Assembly: GCF_041146345.1 (NCBI RefSeq)
Contig: NW_027191413.1
Location: forward strand, 1,302,001 to 1,366,000
Reading direction: 5' to 3'
Length of the DNA stretch: 64,000 nucleotides
Origin: Neodothiora populina
Taxonomy: Eukaryota
This document shows positions 59,509 through 64,000 of the stretch, in pieces. Numbering within the stretch: position 1 is the stretch's first letter; every line of letters begins with the position of its first letter. The translations under genes were made by a program, and so were the position numbers. The notes beneath the pieces were generated by a model. That model did not search any database. It was given only the letters and a program-made list of their open reading frames with translations, and was not told the origin of the DNA.

Positions 59509-60023
59509 AGTCGTTGACCATTCACCGAAGTGGTCATTGACTAGTTCTTGAGGGATCATTGACCATTCATCGAGTAGTCATTAGCTTGTCATTAAGGGTT
59601 CGTTGACCTTTCACCGAGTAGTCATCGACTAGTGACTAGGGGATCATTGCCCATCCACTAAGTAGCCATTAGCTATTTACCGAGGGATCATTAACCATTC
59701 ACCGAGTAGTCGAAAACCATTTACCCAGTAGTCCTCGAGAAATCAGTGACTAGATATTCAGCGAGTAGTTAGCAACAACTTACTAAGGAAGTATTGACCA
59801 TCTACCGAGTAGTTACTAACTGGTCATCAAGTGATCAAAAATTCATCGAGTACCTGTATTCATCAACTGGTCACTGAGGAACCACTAACCATTCGCCGAG
59901 TGGTCTTCGAATAATCATTAAGCATTTGTTGACCTCTGATTAGAGACTTATCACCTATCTATTAGAAAGTCATCGGCTCTTTAATGAACGGTCATTGACT
60001 GTTCATCGGGTGGGTCATTGACT
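59509..60023. repeat. Degenerate 44-bp higher-order repeat built from 11-bp subunits
   Basis: GATCATTGACC-ATTCACCGAGT-AGTCATYRRCT-..-AGG units start exactly 44 nt apart at 59554, 59598, 59642 and 59686, then decay. Confidence 0.85.
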
Positions 60024-60612
60024 AGAAGCGAGCTCCTTCGTACCTTCCATTACTCATGATTTTAACAAATACCGTGACTTACGATTAAGTTTGTACTGAG
60101 CACAAGCCGGAACTCTCCTTGAACATGGAAAGGCGTTAACTAAGGGTTCTATAATATGCACTTTGCAGGGAGAGTTTGAAACATCAAGATACACAACAAC
60201 ATAAAACGGAAACACAACTACCTTACAGTACATAAAATTGATGTGATCTTCAGGCACCGCAAACCTTGTTGACAAAACACCGAGCTATGATTGCTATAGG
60301 AATTTCGATACAACAGAGACAACGCCGAAAAGCAACAGTAATCGCAGTGTACTATATACCATCGTTCGTGTTATATGAAGAGAGCGAGAGCTACACATTC
60401 ACAGGGACGGCCCAGTAGGCTGATCATACGGGCCTGATCTACTCTCAATCTCCGCACGCTCCACTGCCTATCTGAGGGATAAGACATTCTGGCTGTATGC
60501 TTCGCTATAATCAACAATAACATTTATTCGTTAAATCACTCGCTCGTCCTCCAGCTTCGGCTTCAACTACAGCACCAACGACAGCACTGACATCGGCATA
60601 TCCGAACTGTCC

Positions 60613-62068
60613 ATGACTATGGTAGACGTGATGCCACAGACAACTCCTTTGCCACAACCATCCCAACCTCAGTCCATCGATCGCAGCGCCCTAAGGATCA
60701 GCACTCCACCTCAGACTCTGTCCGCTTCCATTAACAACCTGCGCAGCGGCCAGCTGCATCTTGACACCTTCTCTCCAATCAACCAAAATGGCGCCTTCGA
60801 GTTCGATCGAGTCATCAAGTCGGGGACAGTATCCAAACGCACGCGGAAGACAAAGGTAGCGAAACGTCTAATGCTTGCGTTCTCCGAGACAACGGAACTT
60901 TTCTGACAACCTACTCCAGACGTGGAAGCCCATTCACCTCGTCCTCCGCCCGAATCTCCTCTCCATTTATCGTGACAGGGATGAGACCAAACTACGCCAC
61001 CAGATAAACCTTTCCGATCTCACCGCTGTCGCTCGTCAGAAAGACCCGAAAGGCAAGGCCAAACATGCCTTTGCCTTGTTCTCGCCCTCACGGAACTATC
61101 ATCTCGAAGCCAAGAGCGACAAGGATGTACAAGAATGGGTAGAGCTGATCCGAAGAGAGGCTCGCATCGATGAGGAGGAAGAGGACATGGTCATGACAAG
61201 CCCGAACGGTGCTAGAAGTACATATCACGGATTCGAAAGACACAACAAAACTCAGCCGCAATCACAATCACTATCCCAAGACCCCCACACAGGTTACTCC
61301 TCGTCCGATCCTGAGCCAGTGCAGAGGTCGCGGCCCGGCACACAGATGCACAGCGCCCGAAGGCCTTCTCACACCTTGGAATACTCTGGCAATGAGTATG
61401 CCTCGAACTCGGACTTCTCCGACTCTGCCGGTGGTGCGGCAGCGCGCATGTCCAACCTCTCTTTGGTCTTGACCGAGACTCAGTATCCGCCACCTGCCCA
61501 GCCACAAGGCGCTGCGGCAGGTACCTCGCCACGCCTCACAATCGGCACGCGCAACGCCAGTCAAATGTCTGGTCTCAATATTTCCGAGGCCATGGCGCTG
61601 CCTAAGCAGGACGATGAGCGAGTCATCTGTCATGGTTGGATGTTCCTTCTCAAGTCCCGGTCTGGTGTCAGACAATGGAAGAAGGTGTGGATGGTGCTGC
61701 GACCCAAAAACCTGGCTCTGTACAAGAACGAGGACGAGTACTCCGCCATGCTCATCATTCCCTTTCACAACATTGTCAACGCGGTCGAGATAGATCCCGT
61801 GAGCAGGAGCAAGAAATATTGCCTGCAGATCATCACGGAAGAGCGGAACTATAGGTATTGCGCGCCGGATGACGACAGCCTGGCAAGGTGGCTGGGTGCT
61901 TTCAAGAGCCTGTTGGTCAAGAGGAAGGAGATGGAGCTGCAGAGACTGGCATTGCAGAACCAAAGTCAAAGTCAGCTCCCGCCACAAGCTCCGCCACAGC
62001 AGCAGCAGCAGCAGCAGCAGCCTCCGAAACCACAGCCACCACAACACCCACAGACACAGCGTTCTTGA
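60613..62068 (+). CDS. Tandem PH-domain protein (Opy1-like) with poly-Q tail
   Basis: PH1 VIKSGTVSKRTRKTK|TWKPIHLVLRPNLLSIY..EWVELIR; PH2 VICHGWMFLLK..QWKKVWMVLRP..WLGAFK. Intron 60856-60919; (CAG)n near 61997-62020. Confidence 0.88.
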
Positions 62069-63586
62069 CAAGTATTGCAGGACTAATTACCTTGGCGTAT
62101 TTCTACGAATTCACGACGCTAATAGTTGGCATTGTTGAATATATGCCTCTTCCTGTAGCCTTCACCAATATCGAATGAGTGATTATTTCTTGAAGCAAAA
62201 TGCGTATTGACCGATGATGACTTGGATAAATTGCTTTCCCGAAATCTTGCGGATCTTTGCTAAAAGGGGACTGATTGAAGAGAAAGCCGTGGCTGAAAGG
62301 TCCAGGCGTCTTTATGGTACAATGTATGTGGAGGTGTCGGCTTCAGACACGGGGAAAACCCACTTCGTATTTGCAAGAGCAGCAGAAAGTCTTGTAGGGT
62401 CGATGTGCTCTTAGGCCTGCTATGCCAGGCAGAGCGTGTGTGATCGTGCCAAGCGTGTCCGAGTTGTCCAGTGAATAGTTGAACGAACTAGCCTCCTTAT
62501 ATCATGACTATCCTGACACACTAGACTGTCTGCTGAGTATCAGTTGTAAAGCAGAGTTACCTACCTTAGCCATCAATCTCGCGCAGCAGGAAGCACAGAC
62601 GCACATGCGGCTGGGAAGCTGAGTTTAGCGTGCGTCGCTTCCGGAGCTTGACTGCATTGGTGAAACAAGCTGGTCTTGTCTGCATTTTTGTGTGTAAAGA
62701 ATGCGCCGTGTTGGCTGGACTTTTGAATGCGGTCCGTACTAACTGTACTTGACACGCACCATCGCAAGTGCACGCTCAACCTGGTTTCTGGCAGAAGGGT
62801 CGAATATCACCCCCGATTCTCCCGACCCGCGATAATTACAGTAGATACACTGCAGAGCAAACCTCCTAACACTAACCACCGACTACAGTCCCTGGCTGCA
62901 CTACATTTGGACATGCTTCTATTCATCCTGGCGCAGATTACATCCTGCCTGTGAAAACCCCCTTGCAGATTGCAATCCCCGGTGATACCGAGCACGGACT
63001 CGAGACGTTGAAAGTACACACGCTTTACACCACTATCTTGCGCGCCAACAACCAACCAGATAGTCGGATTGTTGAAAACAGAAGAGGGCAAACACCCAGG
63101 AGCATCATCCAGACGTCGGCCGATGGACCTTGTTTAATCCACGCTTTTCCCTCTCATCAGTCCCAGGTCGCGTCAGATTAAGCGTCACAGCGGCCCTGTC
63201 CTTTGCCCTTTTCTTTTGCCATAGACTGTCTTGTCTGTCTATTCGTTAGATTACCTCATTGCGAAAGCATCGAGTGCCACGACCACCACCGCGAAGTCAG
63301 CTTAGCACCTTTTTACCCTCGCTGCACCTTTGACGATTATCTGTTCCGAAGGCGCTTTTTCTTGATTGTCTTACCTGCCTCCCAAGATTGTTATCGATTT
63401 CCTGATCCGGATGTCACGCGCCTGCCGTCTCTCTTGACTCGAATTTCTCGCCCGCTCGTTCAGTCAAACAATTGTTGTTTCATCGGGATTATTCCACCTT
63501 CCTTCGTGGATTAGGAAGACAGGAAGTCCCGGACGCACATATCATTCCGCTTTGAATTGCCTCGACCACAACACCAGAATCCAATC

Positions 63587-64000
63587 ATGACGCGACCAAT
63601 CGTGGTGAGAGCCGGTATGCATCCTTTGACAGGACCCTTGTTTCACCATGTCTGTGGCCTGTACGACTGACACAAAGTCCAGATACGCTCGATCTCCAAG
63701 GCCAGGACTCCCCCTCAGCCAAGGATCATAGTCAACACAACCTCCCTGCCGGCACCGGCAGCAATCAATTAGGTCCCCACCAAGCAGCAGAGATACGCCA
63801 TGTGCAACAAGAGCGACAATCGGAGGAATTGAACCTCCAAGACGCATGGAATCAAGCTGTCGACGACCAAAACCCACAGTCACCGTCGCAATATAGAGCG
63901 GGAGTAGAAGACTCGGCACACGACGATCGATTCCACTCACAGCATAATGGCACGCACAACCACCAAGACGGCGAACACACCGACGACGAAGACCCTGATC
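63587..64000 (+). CDS. 5' part of a probable Tea4/TeaC/Bud14-like cell-end marker gene (truncated by the window edge)
   Basis: Exon 63587-63614, intron 63615-63682 (GTATGC..CTGAC..CAG), then an open frame to the window end: MTRPIVVRADTLDLQGQDSPSAKDH..LGPHQA.. This resembles my recollection of Pezizomycotina Tea4/Bud14 N-termini; the SH3 domain is not visible here. Confidence 0.6.

Noticed and set aside
59509..60023. CRISPR-like appearance of regularly spaced repeats
   Set aside because: Fungal context, no cas genes, and the intervening segments are themselves degenerate repeat subunits rather than unique spacers.
1..64000. tRNA, rRNA, snRNA genes and transposon ORFs
   Set aside because: None recognised by eye; absence is not proven without tRNAscan-SE, Infernal and RepeatMasker.

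Overview
Gene-dense, intron-containing eukaryotic DNA from a filamentous ascomycete (Pezizomycotina; short GT-AG introns with CTRAY branch sites, mostly 50-80 nt). Most of the window holds conserved genes: phosducin-like protein, DUF4598/NOPCHAP1-like, class II eIF4E, Pfa3 palmitoyltransferase, Pho2/Hoy1-type homeobox factor, DNA polymerase delta (POL3), Mpv17/PMP22 protein, Fmp42-like MFS transporter, PTH11-like receptor, RAD5, NDUFAF6, a PAP2_3/Aur1-like protein, RIA1/EFL1, a tandem-PH protein and the 5' end of a probable Tea4/Bud14 gene. The notable region is a ~6.9 kb cluster (3796-10659) of four adjacent cell-wall/defence-type genes, all without a visible signal peptide and all Cys-poor. 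They are (i) a 3-exon gene split by the ORF track, encoding [thaumatin-like]-LysM-[thaumatin-like] with no cysteine, (ii) a GH128 beta-1,3-glucanase, (iii) a 2xLysM + lysozyme-like (SLT/GH23-type) enzyme, and (iv) a CAP/PR-1 protein lacking its usual disulfide cysteines. I infer a cytosolic or non-classically released defence or wall-lysis module. A dispersed 11/44-bp degenerate repeat family and recurrent AAGGTA/TACCTT intergenic motifs are also present. All family calls come from motif recognition by eye; no database search was run.
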